From positions 56,048,001-56,112,000 of the forward strand of contig OZ024742.1 in NCBI GenBank assembly GCA_964016885.1: DNA of 64,000 nt. Direction: 5' to 3'. Under the pieces are notes generated by a model. That model was not told where the DNA came from, did not search any database, and saw only the letters and a list, made by a program, of their open reading frames with translations. The translations under genes were made by a program, and so were the position numbers. Shown in pieces: positions 27,140 through 42,957 of the stretch (positions within the stretch are counted from its first letter, which is position 1; the number at the start of each line of letters is the position of its first letter). The DNA is from Eledone cirrhosa. Its lineage: Eukaryota.

Positions 27140-29090
27140 ACTGACAAAAATTGCATACGGCGTTTGTAATATACTAGGAGAATTCAAATAACATCAATAA
27201 TAAAGAATGAAAAAAGAGAGAAAGAAAAAGAAAAAGAAAAAATAATAAATAATAATAAATAAGTTAAAATGAAGATGATACAAAATAAGTAAAAAATATA
27301 TATGTGAAAAAAATGAACATAATATGATTGTTGAAAATAGTGGTGGTTGTGGTGGTTAAAGTTATAGTGGTGTGTAAGTATAAAGATGTGATGAGAGTAT
27401 AAATACTATTAATATGAAAATATTAAATATATACATATGTATTGGTTAAATCACAGAGGATTATAGTAGGAAGAAAGGATATAATCATAAATAATATAAA
27501 GATAAATTAATAATTTAGAAGTTAGGTGATAGGTGAAGAGAACATAAAATATAATGGAAGAGGTGAAATAGTTTTAGAGATAGAGAATGAGTTACCAACT
27601 ATAGACCTATCACATGTCTGTCCGTAATGTGGAAACTGTTGTCAAACATTGTGTCTGAGGAAATCTACCATCACCTCCACACAAACAACTTGTTACTGGA
27701 TGAACAGAAAGGATGCCGAAAGAAGTCCCGTGGTACAAAGGACCAGTTACTTATTGATAAGATGGTAATGAGGAATTGCAAGAGGAGACACACTGGTCTT
27801 GCCATGGGATGGATAGACTACAGAAAGGCATTTGACATGGTGCCTCATTCTTGGATCACCAAAAGCCTAGAGATCTTCTAGGTGGCAGCTAACATCAGAC
27901 AGTTGTTGAGCAAAAGTATGAAGTCCTAGAAAACAGAGTTAACATCAGCTGGAGAATCCTTGGGAGGCGTGAAGATCAAGAGAGGTATCTTCCAGGGAGA
28001 TAGTCTGTCCCCTCTGTTGTTTGTCCTTGCCCTGATGCCCCTGACCATTATACTGCGAAAAGTGAGAGCAGGATACAAGTTGGGAAAGGGAGAGCTTACC
28101 ATCAATCATATTTACAAGGAGGAGGCTAGCCCACTGTGCAGGATCTGTGGAGAGAGAGAGAGGAGACTGTGGCTCACATTGTATCCGAGTGTAAACACCT
28201 AGCCCAGACTCACTATAAAGGCTGGAGACATGATGTGATGGGCAGGGTGATCCACCGGCACCTATGCAAAGTAAACAATTTACCACATTCTGAGAAGTGG
28301 TATGAGCATAAGCCAGAGTCGGTGATAGAAAACGATCAGGTGAAGGTGCTGTGGGATTTTAGGATACAGATGGACAAGAAACTGGAACACAATAGACCTG
28401 ACATGGTGGTTTTGGACAACTTTTTTCTTTAAACAGCAAAGAAACAACAAATTCAAAAATCTCAATACACAGAGGAATATTCCAGGGAGATTCCTTATTC
28501 CCCCTCCTCTTCTCTATAACATTAATTTCTTGTTCTCATGAACTAAGGAATTCTACCTATGGCTACAAAATTAAAGAAAGTCTTTTCAGCCATCACTTCT
28601 ATATGGATGATATTGAGCTCTTCGCTTTTGTCAGAATAACTGACAAAAATTGCATACGGCGTTTGTAATATACTAGGAGAATTCAAATAACATCAATAAT
28701 AAAGAATGAAAAAAGAGAGAAAGAAAAAGAAAAAGAAAAAATAATAAATAATAATAAATAAGTTAAAATGAAGATGATACAAAATAAGTAAAAAATATAT
28801 ATGTGAAAAAAATGAACATAATATGATTGTTGAAAATAGTGGTGGTTGTGGTGGTTAAAGTTATAGTGGTGTGTAAGTATAAAGATGTGATGAGAGTATA
28901 AATACTATTAATATGAAAATATTAAATATATACATATGTATTGGTTAAATCACAGAGGGTTATAGTAGGAAGAAAGGATATAATCATAATTAATATAAAG
29001 ATAAATTAATAATTTAGAAGTTAGGTGATAGGTGAAGAGAACATAAAATATAATGGAAGAGGTGAAATAGTTTTAGAGATAGAGAATGAG
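27132..29090. repeat. 460-bp near-identical direct repeat (27132-27591 and 28631-29090)
   Basis: Both copies run tcagaataactgacaaaaattgc...gagatagagaatgag at a constant offset of 1499. Confidence 0.95.
27592..28630 (+). mobile_element. R4/Dong-clade non-LTR fragments (RT, CCHC knuckle, RLE start; internally deleted), followed by a second diverged RT piece
   Basis: [40 protein letters not shown]; RGIFQGDSLSPLLF; CRICG..ETVAHIVSEC; RHD; NRPDMVV; 28470-28625 again resembles RGIFQGD..LSP..YMDD. Confidence 0.85.
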
Positions 29091-29424
29091 AGAAACAAAG
29101 GTTAGGAGATTATGATGTTTATTTAGTGATTAGTTGGTCTATTGACAGTTAATAATAGTGGGTTATTATAATCGACTCTAAGTGGTTCAGCTTGAATTAT
29201 GGTATTGTTGGATCGAATCATGTTGGTTTGCAATTAGCGAATTTAAAAGCTGCTTTATGACTACAGAAAATTGACCGTTCAATTTTGCTGTTAAACACCT
29301 GATGTTATTACATTGAGCTATTTCTCTTAATGGTAATAAGGTAGTAATAAATTACTGACCTTCCCTGTTTATAGTTGTTTATAGTATAGTATATACATAA
29401 ATATAAATAGTATCTTTAATATTA

Positions 29425-29590
<166 letters not shown>

Positions 29591-32115
29591 CAGGTGGATC
29601 TGATAGAGAAATAAGCCAGACGCCATTGTTGCATTATTATTCTGGGATTAGTAGGTAAGATGCTGGTGGAAATAGAAGCAGAAAATGACATGTGTAGACG
29701 ATACATTACACCGTTGAATACAAATGAAGACACCCGCATAGACAGAATGAGAGAAATGTGAAAGTGTTCTATTTAAAAGCCACATCAAACAGAAATCTGT
29801 GGAGAACAAACGAAACATAAGAAAGATTTTTTTTCCTATTGACAATGCTTATTTATATATTTGTTTGTTTATTTGTTTTATCACATAGCTCCAGGGATTG
29901 AAACCTCCGATATAGCTTTACATTATCCGAGATTTATTCGAATCAATTTATTTTTTAAAGATGTCATTCACATCCAGGAACGTTTAACCTAAATTTGCAA
30001 ATCTAGGTTAAATATTTTTACAAAGCTAATTGGTGTCGTTGGTTTTTCATGTTTTGGAAAGAATTCAAATCGATAAGAATTTAAATTTTCAATGGATATC
30101 AATATTCATATGGAATGATGATAACACGGTTTCTGAAACGAATGAGAATCAAATAAGATGGAAAACAAATTGTTCTCATTATATATTAAAATATTATAGG
30201 CAAGATAGTAAATTTTAAACATTGAGAAACGAAGATAGAAATCATTGTTGAGCATCGAACGTTCTTTTACTGTGAATTTATGTTTTAGCAAAATCGCTAA
30301 TATATTTGCTAGAATTTATTTAAGTATTTATTAAGATAATTCGGTTCAGAGATTTGACTATAAAGTATAATAAACACTATTATCAAATTGTTTTGCATGA
30401 AGCGTACATAACCTGGTCAACAAGACTCCTTTATATATCTCAATTGATATCATTCCATATCGTTCATGCACTATATCATTTTCTTCTGTGCAGTCAAGTA
30501 TTTTCCCTTCTTTATTTTCTTTCGTCAGTTAACACAAAAATTGAGCAGTTTAAGAATTGTAAAGAACATTAAACTGATAGTAAAAGTGGACAATGCTAAT
30601 AATAATCATTCTATTCAAAATATATAATATCGATTGATATAAAAGAATAAAAATGATTAAAAAGCAATGGAAGAACGAACACCAAGGAATCTCATTAAAC
30701 TAAGATCTTTTCTAAAACTAAATAATTCGCTATCATATTCCATGATCTGTTTCATTAGGAAATTATGTTTACTTTTGATATGTTAATCTTTAGCAGATTG
30801 ATGTGTTTTAAATGTCAGCAAGATAATAATTTCACAAACTTTTCATAGTTTAAAACTATATTTCTTTTCCATATTGAAAATACGTTAGCGTTTTACATTT
30901 TCACTCGTAAAATATCACATAATTCAACATCCTAATGACATTTTTAATGGTCAATAGAAAGTCGCATGACAATGCATCTAATCATTTTAAATCATGTGTA
31001 TTGTTTAGGGTTTAGGTTTTCCGTTTTCATTCAATATTTTGTGACATGATCTACGTGTATAATTTATATTTGTATATATATTTACTTAACATATATTCAA
31101 TTGTTTCGGCAAATCTGTTCATAAATTAGTATTTTTATTTCTAAAATACGGAGGGGAAAATATATTTTAAAACAAAATACTTAAATAGGTAAATATACCT
31201 TTGATACCTATGTTTATCACGTTGCTTATTTATGACTTCATTACAAGAATAGGTTTTAATACGCTTATAAAACGAATTATTTATCTACACATAAAATTAT
31301 AAATCTTGTCTTCTATGATATATCAAACGTGTTCACTGCAGGCTAGTTTTGTTGCAATAATATCACCTTGTCTTAATATTGCTACCGATTCTTGTCTTCC
31401 TCGGGTTTTTCCTTATTTGTGTTCAGTGAGGATGATAATGGTAATAAATCTGCAAATTTCTTCACCTAATCATATTCATGCTATAGCTTTTTTCACAGAG
31501 GTATATGCCAATGTTGTAACCTAATTAAGAGCCGAAAATTTTTTTATAGAGGTGTGGGTTATTTCTATGAAGACCTTCTGCTCTCCAGCTGTCGTAGGAG
31601 TTTCTTACCACTGATTAATTTAAATCTCAAAACTTGTAAAAGTCATCATGGGGCATTATACAAATTGTATTCCCGCTAAGTGATCTTTCCACAGAAAATT
31701 ACCTTTCCCTGAATTCACACACACACACACGCACACACACGCGCACGCGCACGCACACACGCACACACACACACGTGTGCGTATGTGAGTGTGTGTGTGT
31801 GTGTTTGTGATTCAATAATACGTAATTTTCTCAAGAAATATATTGAACCTTTTATGGTATTAAATGCAATCAAGCTTTGATTTTTAAATTCTTAATACGC
31901 TGTGAGCTTTGGGAAATGTTTGGCTCCGCTGTTTCTGTTAGCGCCAAGAAGGTACACGTCATTTAGCAGCAGATAGTTCTTCTGGTAAATCAAATTTAAC
32001 TAATGCATCTCTCATTATGTGTGTGTGTGAGCGTGTGCGCTTGTGTATGTGTGGTGTATGTGCGTGTGTGTGTGAACGCGAGTGCGCATTTTTATATATA
32101 TATAAGTATGTGTCT

Positions 32116-32161
<46 letters not shown>

Positions 32162-32549
32162 TTGCGAGGTTTTTTATATGAAATCGTGTGTCGAAACAAA
32201 TATTGTTATACTTGGGGAGGGTCATATTGTTGTAATAATATTGCCAGAATTAATAACAGAAGACACTCACTGTTTTGTTGGTTTTCGCTTCTGTATCTTT
32301 TATATAAGTTAATTTATTCGGTCCTCAATGTTTACCATTGACTGACCAACGGTCAAAAATACAGATATAATATAGACAAAAACATATATAGTCTAACAAA
32401 GTTCTTTCGTTGCACATCTGCAATATCGTCAGTAGTGCTATTATGTTTCCTCCTGTTGTATTGTATGTCTACGCCATCTTTATTTAATCTGTTTATTTAT
32501 TTATTTATTTATTTATTTATTTTTGTCTTTTTCTCTGCGCGTGAGAAGG

Positions 32550-33940
32550 TGGATTTGGTGGACCAAAGCCATACAGACCCCCCAAAACAATGATCAGGTA
32601 AGAAAAATGGTCGCACATACAATAGGGGCTAGTATTAAAACTACCCTAAATGGCCACATATTCAAATTCAACGAGAAGATCTACACCCAAAATGGGGGAG
32701 CAGCCATTGGCGTCAGCATAGCTGGTGAGGTTGCCAACCTTTTTATGGTATGGTGGGAAAGGAGACTCAAAGATCTCCTTGATGAGAGCTCCATAGACTC
32801 ATCATGTACTCTCGTTACGTAGACGACATCAATATAGTAATAAGGACATCCCCACATGAGAGTACTAACAAGTATGATTTAGAGTGTAGCACAATGGAAA
32901 GCATCCAGCAGATAGCTAATTCCATACACCAGAGTATAACTGTAACTATCGACTACCCTTCCAAACACCCTAACAATAGAATACCTGTATTAGACACGGA
33001 ACTCTGGATTAACACTATAGACGAGAGAGCCCAAATTCTCTACTACGCTAAACCCATAGCCTCCAAATACCTGATACTCAAAAACTCAACAATATCCAGT
33101 AGTGCTAATTTTAATATTCTGATCGCAGATTGGTACGAGGGATGAAGAACGTGTCCCGCATGTGCGACCCAACAGAAATGGAAAGACACATCCATCACTT
33201 CAACAACCGCATGCAGTTCTCTGGCCACAACCAAAGAGACAGAATCAAAGTATACGAAGGAGCCACGGAGAAGTATAAGACCCTCATAGAACTGGACATG
33301 AAAGGAATTTGCCCATTATATAGGAGCAAATCATGGAATAGCTTACATAGGACTAAACATAAGTTAGGGAAAGCCACCTCATGGTACGACAACCAGAGTG
33401 TCATGTTCGTGGACGCTACCCCTGGAGGGAAATTAGCTAACCAGTGTAGAAAAGCCCTGAGAAAGACCCACTTAAAGATTAAGGTGGTAGAAAAGCCAGA
33501 CACCACCATAAAATCCCTGCTCAGCAAAACATACCCTTTTAAGAAAACCCACTGTACTAATAGGAAATGTATTATATTTAAAGTAAACCCCCGGATAAAC
33601 TGTAAAACTAGAAACGTAGTCTATAGCATAAGATGTACAGAGGGTACTTGCAGAAACATGACAACAACATACATAGGCGAGACAGCTCGTAGTATAGGTG
33701 AAAGGATAGACAAACACTGGAGAGAACTAAAAGGTCGAAAAACGGTTCAGTACTATACGAACACGCCAGACAACAAGACAACGGTAACATAGACAACATA
33801 GAAATTAAAATAATATCTAAACATGGAAATGACCCAGCAGATAGGCAAATCAGAGAGGCCAGTGAAATAGAACTTATAAGGCCTAAGCTAAACAGAAAAA
33901 AATGAATGGAATAACACCAACACCCAAACAAACAATACTG
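32550..33940 (+). pseudogene. Frameshifted PLE RT/GIY-YIG ORF
   Basis: ORFs 32523-32822, 32804-33145 and 33130-33792 join into one PLE protein. Confidence 0.88.
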
Positions 33941-34198
33941 ACCTAAGAGAAATATAAATAAATAAATAAATATATACACAAGCACAATAACAACAAACAC
34001 ATATAAACACACACTAGTAAACTAAGATAGAATACAATAACCAAAACACAGTCACCCAAACACGAATACACATCAAACACTATACACACACGCAAACACA
34101 TGCGCAGAGAAGAAGACAAAAATAAATAAATAAATAAATAAACAAACAGATTAAATAAACATGGCGTAGACATATAATACAACAGGAGGAAACATAAT

Positions 34199-34240
34199 GG
34201 CACTGACGATGTTGCAGATGTGCAACGAAAGAACTTTGTT
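34199..34240 (+). ncRNA. Minimal type-I hammerhead ribozyme (mutated antisense copy at ~32395-32437)
   Basis: ggca-CTGACGA-t-gttgca gatg tgcaac-GAAA-g aa-CTT-tgtt. Confidence 0.8.
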
Positions 34241-34433
34241 AGACTATATATATGTTTGTGTCTGTATTATATCTGTATTTTTTACTGTTGGTCAGTCAAT
34301 GGTAAACATTGACGACCGAATAAATTAACTGATATAAAAGATACAGAAGCGAAAACCAACCAAACAGTGAGTGTGTTCTGTTATTAATTCTGGCAATATT
34401 ATTACAACAATATGACCCTCCCCAAGTATAACA

Positions 34434-34465
<32 letters not shown>

Positions 34466-34699
34466 CGGTGTGTATGTGTGTGTGTGTGTGTGTGTCATGA
34501 ACGTTCTATTTCGGTAGCAAGTGTGGGAAACATGCATCAGCTTTTCTGCAATAAGGCAATTCATTTAATTCGCGAGTGTCAATTTATATGGGTTTATATA
34601 CACACATACGAGTATGCACACATTTATTCATACATGGTGGCTGCCAACTCGTTTCGAGTACGGCCACTACTTTATATCCATGTAAGTGAACCTCTACCG

Positions 34700-35140
34700 A
34701 TGCGCTGAACGAGTGTGAATTTTTAGTCCAGCCATCGACTTGAAAACTCTGGTACAAACACTACACCTGTGACAATTATTGACACATAGTGCTGAGCCCA
34801 TGGTACCATGTGAGGACAAGTGCAGAGAGATCTCCAGATATAAAGCAATGCCTGTGCCGTGAAGCTTTTATAGTGAGCAAAGGCACTGCACAAAGCCAGT
34901 CCCACTCTCTTAACCAAGATGATATTTACCAAAAAGAAGAACAAGTCAACATCATTGGATACCATCAGGGTTGCAGGTGTTATATCAGAGTTTCCTTCTC
35001 CTAGATTTCTGCCTTGACAAAGGTTAAGGGGTCATCTCTCCCGGTGATTTTGGATGGCCATTGACTCTTAAGAGCTCCTTTGTTCTTTGACAGGTTTTGT
35101 TTTTAGTCCTGCAGGATGTCCAATGTCACCCTCCTCACCA
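34700..35140 (-). mobile_element. Probable RTE-type 5' UTR fragment
   Basis: Minus-strand aggcagaaatctaggagaaggaaactctga resembles a motif recalled from RTE 5' UTRs. Confidence 0.35.
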
Positions 35141-35276
35141 AGAAAGATTACATACATACATACATACATACTTATATAAATATATATGTATGCAAAAGGC
35201 AAAAAGAAATAACAAAGCAAACGACACAATAAAATGAAGAAATATATTAGTTTTACACTTGATATATGCGTGTGTG

Positions 35277-35315
<39 letters not shown>

Positions 35316-35416
35316 GTGTGTGTATGTGTGTGTGTGTGTGTGTATGTGTGTGTGTATATGTGTGTGTGTGTGTGAGTGTATATATGTGTGTGTGTGTGTG
35401 TATATATATATGTGTG

Positions 35417-36479
35417 TAAGAACGGGACCCACCGAGATGGAGTTGCAATCATCATGGACAGGGCTGCCAGTCATGTCCTTGAGGAGTGGACTCCTATCAA
35501 CGAACGCCTAATGACACCAAGATTCACCACATCACATGCAAAGGTCACCATAGCTCAGTGCTATGCTCCAACCAACAAACATAACGATGATGACAAGGAC
35601 GCTTTCTACCAGCAACTAAAAGATGTTGTAAACAAAACCCCACGTCATGACATCCTGATCATCATGGGAGACATGAACGCACAGATCGGGGGAAGCAGGG
35701 TTGGCTTTGAACATGTCCTTGGCCCCCATGCTTATGGAAACCGCACTCACAACGGGGACAGGTTTGTCCAGTTCTGTGCCATGAACAATATGAAAATCGG
35801 CTCGTCACTATTTGACCACAAGAACATCCACAAGGTCACATGGGCTTCGAACTACCACAGGACCAAGACGCAAATAGACCACATTGCGATTGGCCCAAGT
35901 TGGACAGCTCCTTGCCTGCAGGACGTCCGAGTCTACCGGGGCGCGCATGTCTGCAGTGACCACTATCTGTCTGTTACCAAACTTAAAATCAGACTGAGGA
36001 AGCAGAAGAAAAGAGCACTCACTACAAGGCGTTTTGACACTACCAAGCTGAAGAACGGTGACACAGAAGCACAGTTCGAGGCTGCTTTGAGGAACAGATT
36101 TGCTGTCCTTGAGGAGTCTGCACCAGGCTCGGTCAATTGGTGGGAGGAAATGAAGAAGGCCATGGAAGCTGCAGGGGAAGAAATCCTGGGCTACAGGAAG
36201 TCCCTCAGAGAAGCTTGGGTCAGCGACAACACCTGGCAGCTGATTAATGAAAGGAAAGCCCTACACCAGCTGAGGCATGCCACTACCCCAGAGGTCATCA
36301 AAGTATATCAGCAGTATGTTGACAAGATAAAGGAGGTGAAACGCAGCGCCCAAAAGGACAAACGAATGTGGCTTGAGGGTAAAGCAGAGGAGGCGGAAGC
36401 AGCTGCGGCACGAAATGACATGCGCTCCAAATTGCCAAGAAAATCACCGGCAGCTCTAGAGCTAACTCAGGCCCGGTGA
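35417..36479 (+). pseudogene. RTE apurinic endonuclease part of ORF (frameshift ~36425)
   Basis: ORF 35376-36479 after removing the microsatellite-derived N-terminus. Confidence 0.85.
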
Positions 36480-38095
36480 AAGCAAAAGATGGTACGCTGC
36501 TTTCCAAGGGTGAAGAAAAGTTAGTCAGATGGGCTGAACATTTCAAGGAAGTCCTCAACCGACCGGAGCCACGTGTGCCATCAGACACTAAGGAACCTAC
36601 TAGTTTGTTGCCTATCAATACTGATGACTTCACCGAGAAGGAAGTCCGCATGGCCATCAAAACCCTTAAGAATAATAAGTCACCAGGTATGGATGGCATT
36701 TCTGCTGAAATGCTGAAGTCAGGAGGCGAAAGCATAGTCAAGTGGATGGGCCACTTATGTAATCTTGTGTGGAACACGGGTGAAGTCCCAGAAGATTGGA
36801 GAAACGGAGTGGTTGTCTGTATCCCCAAGAAGGGCAACCTTGCCGATTGTGACAACTGGAGGGGAGTGACACTTCTCTCCATACCAGGGAAGGTCTATTG
36901 TCTGATGATCCTAAACCGCATACGTGGCATGGTAGACCGGGAACTGCGAGAACAACAGGCAGGGTTCCGACCAAAACGTTCCTGTGCAGAGCAGATCTTT
37001 ACGTTACGCCGCATCATTGAGAGGTACAACGATTTCCAGAGGCCCCTCACCGTCAGCTTCATCGATTTCTCCAAAGCATTCGATGGCATTCATTGGCCGT
37101 CACTCTGGAGCATCATGCATGAGTATGGTCTGCCCCAGAAAGTCATTTCGGCAATCAAACAGATTTATGCAAACTCCAAGTGCTGCATACGGACAGAGGA
37201 GGGTTACAGTGACTGGTTTGAGGTGGTTACTGGTGTACGTCAGGGTTGCTCGCTCTCTCCAATTCTCTTTGCCATAGCCATTGACTGGGTACTAAGAAGA
37301 GCGTCTAAAGACCAGGGTATATCTTGGGTGGGAGAGCAAAAGTTGTCTGACCTGGATTTTGTGGACGATATTGTTGCACTTGCAGAGAGCACAGCTGACC
37401 TGCAAATCATTATGAACAATATCAATGTCGAAGCAGGAAGCTTAGGTCTCAATATCAGTGCTAAGAAGACCAAAAGCATGTTATCTGGGACACACCCATC
37501 ACCAACTAGTGTTTTCATTGAACAGGGTGAGGTGGAGATAGTGGACAAGTTCACCTACCTAGGAAGCTCCATTGACAATGGGTGTGCCATGGACAGTGAA
37601 TTGCAATGTAGAATGGGAAAGGCTGCAGCAGCATTTAACCAGCTTGTCAAGATCTGGAAGAGCAGGAAGTTCACCCTCAAAACAAAGATAAGGTTCTACA
37701 ACAGCAACGTGCTGTCCATACTCTTGTACGGAAGTGAAACATGGCACCTTAAAACCAGCCAAGAGAAGAAGTTGGACGCATTCGATTCCAGGTGTCTGCG
37801 AAAGATCCTGGGGATTAAATGGAGTGACCATGTAACAAACCAGGAAGTCAGGAACCGCACCAACCAGCAGCTAGTCTCTTCTGCTATCTGCAAGCGATGC
37901 CTGGGCTGGTTTGGGCACGCTTTGAGACTTCCCCCGGAGAGACTGGCGAACCAAGTACTTAAATGGAACCCACAGGGAAGCAGACGGAGAGGGCGACCCC
38001 AAATGAACTGGCGCCAGACAGTTGAGAGGGACCTGCGAGCGACAAACAGACAATGGCAGGACGCTGTGCAACTGGCTGCTGACCGAACGCGGTAG
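36476..38095 (+). CDS. RTE reverse transcriptase domain, uninterrupted 539 aa (continuation of the frameshifted ORF)
   Basis: All RT motifs present in one frame. Confidence 0.85.
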   Translation: MKAKDGTLLSKGEEKLVRWAEHFKEVLNRPEPRVPSDTKEPTSLLPINTDDFTEKEVRMAIKTLKNNKSPGMDGISAEMLKSGGESIVKWMGHLCNLVWNTGEVPEDWRNGVVVCIPKKGNLADCDNWRGVTLLSIPGKVYCLMILNRIRGMVDRELREQQAGFRPKRSCAEQIFTLRRIIERYNDFQRPLTVSFIDFSKAFDGIHWPSLWSIMHEYGLPQKVISAIKQIYANSKCCIRTEEGYSDWFEVVTGVRQGCSLSPILFAIAIDWVLRRASKDQGISWVGEQKLSDLDFVDDIVALAESTADLQIIMNNINVEAGSLGLNISAKKTKSMLSGTHPSPTSVFIEQGEVEIVDKFTYLGSSIDNGCAMDSELQCRMGKAAAAFNQLVKIWKSRKFTLKTKIRFYNSNVLSILLYGSETWHLKTSQEKKLDAFDSRCLRKILGIKWSDHVTNQEVRNRTNQQLVSSAICKRCLGWFGHALRLPPERLANQVLKWNPQGSRRRGRPQMNWRQTVERDLRATNRQWQDAVQLAADRTR

Positions 38096-38151
38096 AACAC
38101 TATGATTGCCTCATGCGTCGCAAGACGCGGGAGCTTCTGAGTCTGAGTCTG

Positions 38152-38284
<133 letters not shown>

Positions 38285-38479
38285 GTGTGTGTATATATAT
38301 TTATATATATATAGTAATAATAATAAATTTGAAGACTAAAATCCAAAGAGGGCTCGATGAGTATAAATATATATCAAATATATAAGAACCCTAGAGCAAA
38401 TATTTATTAAAATAACAGATTAAAGTTTAAGCAAAGAATCGCTGTTATTTTAATAAATATATATATATATGTGTGTATG

Positions 38480-39292
38480 TATATAAGTGAGAAAACTCGT
38501 CGCTAGAACACCCGTTAAAACAGCTATATGTTGTCAAAGACGGTGATGAGCGAACATGCCTCAGAGGACAGAGGACAGCGATCAGTGGTCAACTGTGAGG
38601 CAATCCAGAAGGTGGGTGACAGGCGGATGAAATATAGAAAAGATCGAACGAGGAGAAGGATAAGCAAGGAGATGTGAGTTGGCACATAGATGTGACTGTG
38701 AAAGGAAATAAAGAAGGACGATATACAATACAAATAAACCTTCGTTTCGTCTGGATCTGTGAAAACATTGTTTTTTTCATTCAAATTTATCATAGCAATG
38801 ATTAGCTTTACAACATACACCACGGCTCTTGAAGTCTACCATACCATTATTTTATTTCTTTGTTTTCTTTCGTCCTTCTATATGTGATGTTTGCTTTATC
38901 ACACACACCGTACCAGCAGAAAGATTTATTTCTCTGTTGTACTATCCAGCATTTTAAAATGGTACACTCAATTAAATACTGCAAAAGAATTTTGCAGCTG
39001 TTTTGAGAGCTGATGAGTGTGAAGATGTGTGTGTGTAAATTTGTCTTGTACATCACCTTCCTTTATTTCCTCCTTCCAGTCACTTCTATGAGCTAACAGA
39101 CTTCTGCTTGTCTTCCTCACCTTTCATTCTTTTCTATATTTCATCTGCCTGTCACCCATATTTTAGACTGTCTCTCTGTTGACTACTGGGCGCTGGTCAC
39201 CGTCCTTTGGCGCATTTTTGCCCATTGGGGTCTTTGATAGCATTTAGCTGTTTAAATGGCTGTTCTAGCGATGGGTTTTCTTAATTTTATAT
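38480..39292. repeat. Diverged ~250-bp inverted repeat pair (~38480-38735 / ~39040-39292)
   Basis: gaaaactcgtcgctagaaca..aaacagcta..gggtgacaggcggatgaaatatagaaaaga matches the reverse complement of 39125-39285. Confidence 0.8.
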
Positions 39293-39347
39293 GTATTCAA
39301 ATATACTCTCGCTTCGGCTCGATCAGAAAAAACACATTTTTTAAATA

Positions 39348-39456
<109 letters not shown>

Positions 39457-39926
39457 TAGATAGACAGATATGTATATATTTGTGTGTGCCGGTATTTCTG
39501 TAGGTATGCGTGTGTATTTGTTTGTGTATGTGTTGTGTGTATATATGTGTGCATGTATGTGTTTGTCTTTTTCTCTGTGTCTCTGTGCGTTTGTCTGTAT
39601 GTATATATATATATATTGTGTGTCTGTCTACGGAGGTAACATCATAAATAGTTTATTTAATAAAAGACCGGAAGTAGGTAGAAAATATTCACAATTATTG
39701 TGACATGTTCAGGTAGTATGCATTTGAAGTCAATAACTTGTGAAAATTGATTATGGCCAATTGTATATTTCCAGTAATACTTTTGAGACAACTGTTTTGT
39801 ATTTGTGTCTATGTCTTCTGGTATTGAATTACCGTGGCAAATGACAATATATAGAACAGGATTATATTGACCCATTGTTAAAACATAGACGACCTAAAAT
39901 TTATCTTCGTCTTCTTTATTTATATA

Positions 39927-40110
39927 TAATTGTTTCTACTTTTAACACAATGCGAGTAATTATTCCAGTGCATTACTGGTACTTTATTTTATCGACCCAG
40001 TAAGGATGAAAGGCAAAGTTAACCTCGGCGGGATTTGAACTCAGACCATAAAGGGTCGTAACTCTATGCTGCAAAGCATGGTGTCTGACCCTCTAATAAT
40101 ACTGCCAATC
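39927..40110 (-). mobile_element. Nin/Deu-domain SINE
   Basis: Same core and tail as the other copies. Confidence 0.88.
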
Positions 40111-40192
40111 ATATTCAAATAAATATACTCTCACATACACTAATGCACACACAAATACTCACATCTAGCAATCTCTCTCTCTCTCTCTCTGC

Positions 40193-41276
<1,084 letters not shown>

Positions 41277-41799
41277 ATGGCTCTGTTTAGTTTATGTATA
41301 TGTAAACCTCTATATTTTATATATATTTATAAATATGCAACAGAAACCAAAGAACGCTAACATACTCAAACAGTCTTTATTTACTCACAATGTTTCATCC
41401 TCACCTGTTGGCAGGTATCCTCAGAGCCTAATAAGTACAGTGTTGAGTATAAGCTCCACAAAAACCTAGTCACACGAACAATCAGAATAAAGATAGGGAG
41501 ATTGGGGATGGCGAAAAAGTGGTGCATGCTGGGGTTGTTAAGCACCGCAGCTAAATGCCAGGGCATAAGCGGATTCAACAAGATGCGTATATAATAGATG
41601 GCACAGAAAAACAAAGAATGCAAAAGCCAAAAATGCAAAAGCATAAGAAAATACAGAAAACAATACAGACAATGGTTAAAACATAATAAAAATTATAATA
41701 AAGTAATAAAAAATATAAAAATAATAAAAATAATAAAATAAAATAAAGTAAAATAATAAAAAAATATAATGAAAAATAATAAAATAATAATAATAAAAT

Positions 41800-42114
41800 A
41801 ATTGTGTCTACTATTGGCACAAGGCCAGCAATTACCCAGTACATTACTGGTACTTTATTTTATCGACCCTTTAAGGATGAAAGGCAAAGTTAACCTTGGC
41901 GCGATTTGAATTCAGAATGACTAAAATAATTGTTTCTACTTTAGGCACAAGGCCAGCAATTACATAGTACATTACTGGTACTTTATTTTATCGACCTTGT
42001 AAGGATGAAAGGCAAAGTTAACCTCGGCGGGATTTGAACTCAGACTGTAAAGGACGTAACTATGCTAGAAAGCATGGCGTCCAACCCTCTACCGATACTG
42101 CCAATTCACCGCCC
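41800..42114 (-). mobile_element. Two adjacent Nin/Deu SINEs (41800-41918 truncated; 41928-42114 full length, TSD-like tgactaaaataat)
   Basis: Core/tail motifs; absent from the opposite IR arm. Confidence 0.9.
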
Positions 42115-42923
42115 TATGTGTGACTAAAATAATAAGAATGACTAAAATAATAAAAGATAATAAGATAATAAAATAATATAATAATATAATAAAATTAAAA
42201 TTAAAAATAAAAAAAATTAAAAAGATTTAAAAAATTAAAAAATTAAGAAATTAAAAAAGTAAATAATTTTTTTTTTTTAAATTGTTCTTTAAAAAAATAA
42301 AAAATAAAGAATGTTTCCTAAGAGAAATTCTTTTAAAAAAGAAATAAATGCAGAAAGAAGAAAAAAGTTATAAACACATAGAGAAGCCAAAAGAGTTAAA
42401 GCGCTAGTCCCTAGTAACACGAGTGAGTAGGATCTGGGTAACTTATATATAAGCGTTAAGAGGTCTTTTGGGTGCATCCCGAAATACCACAGTAATCCTA
42501 ATCACCATCATGATATACATATGTGTTGCTAATATGCATGAGTAATAACTTTGCCGGTTGTTTTACAGCAACTAATATAATAAGATTGCTTCAGCTCTAT
42601 CTTGCAATAACCCCGATCTGCTTGTGCATAGCTTGCTTTTATGCCGTGACTGTCTATTTACTTGTTTTACTCAGCCCTACCATATAATAAGCATATTTTA
42701 CTTGTGTAAGGCTTGTGCTTTTGTGATACCTTACTATATGCTTGTGAGCACCCATTGGCTACCTAGTTCGGGTACCTACCAATATACCTTGTGTATGTAT
42801 ATCATAGTGGTCTTTCGGGATATACCAAAAATACCTCTTTCTCTTAGGAAAAATTCTTTATTTTTTATTTTCTTAAAGAAAAAAATTTTTTTTAAATTTA
42901 TTTACTTTTTTAATTTTTTAATT

Positions 42924-42957
<34 letters not shown>

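Larger units (their letters stand above)
26980..29370 (-). mobile_element. 5'-truncated Naiad-like PLE (last codons of ORF, 3' UTR/pLTR, short inverted tail at ~29305-29370), interrupted by an R4/Dong insert
   Basis: 29220-29295 minus encodes KIERSIFCSHKAAFKFANCKPT*, cf. NKLERSIFCRHRIATKFIRFKPP*; HHR at 27034-27139; flanked by TA-rich runs. Confidence 0.7.
32158..34436 (+). mobile_element. Penelope-like element (Neptune-like), 5'-truncated, flanked by inverted pLTRs (~32203-32546 / ~34099-34433)
   Basis: RT: YTQNGGAAIGVSIAGEVANLFM, RYVDDI; Cys linker and GIY-YIG CKTRNVVYSIRC..YIGETARSIGERIDKH; ~340-bp IR; (TA)n both sides. Confidence 0.92.
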
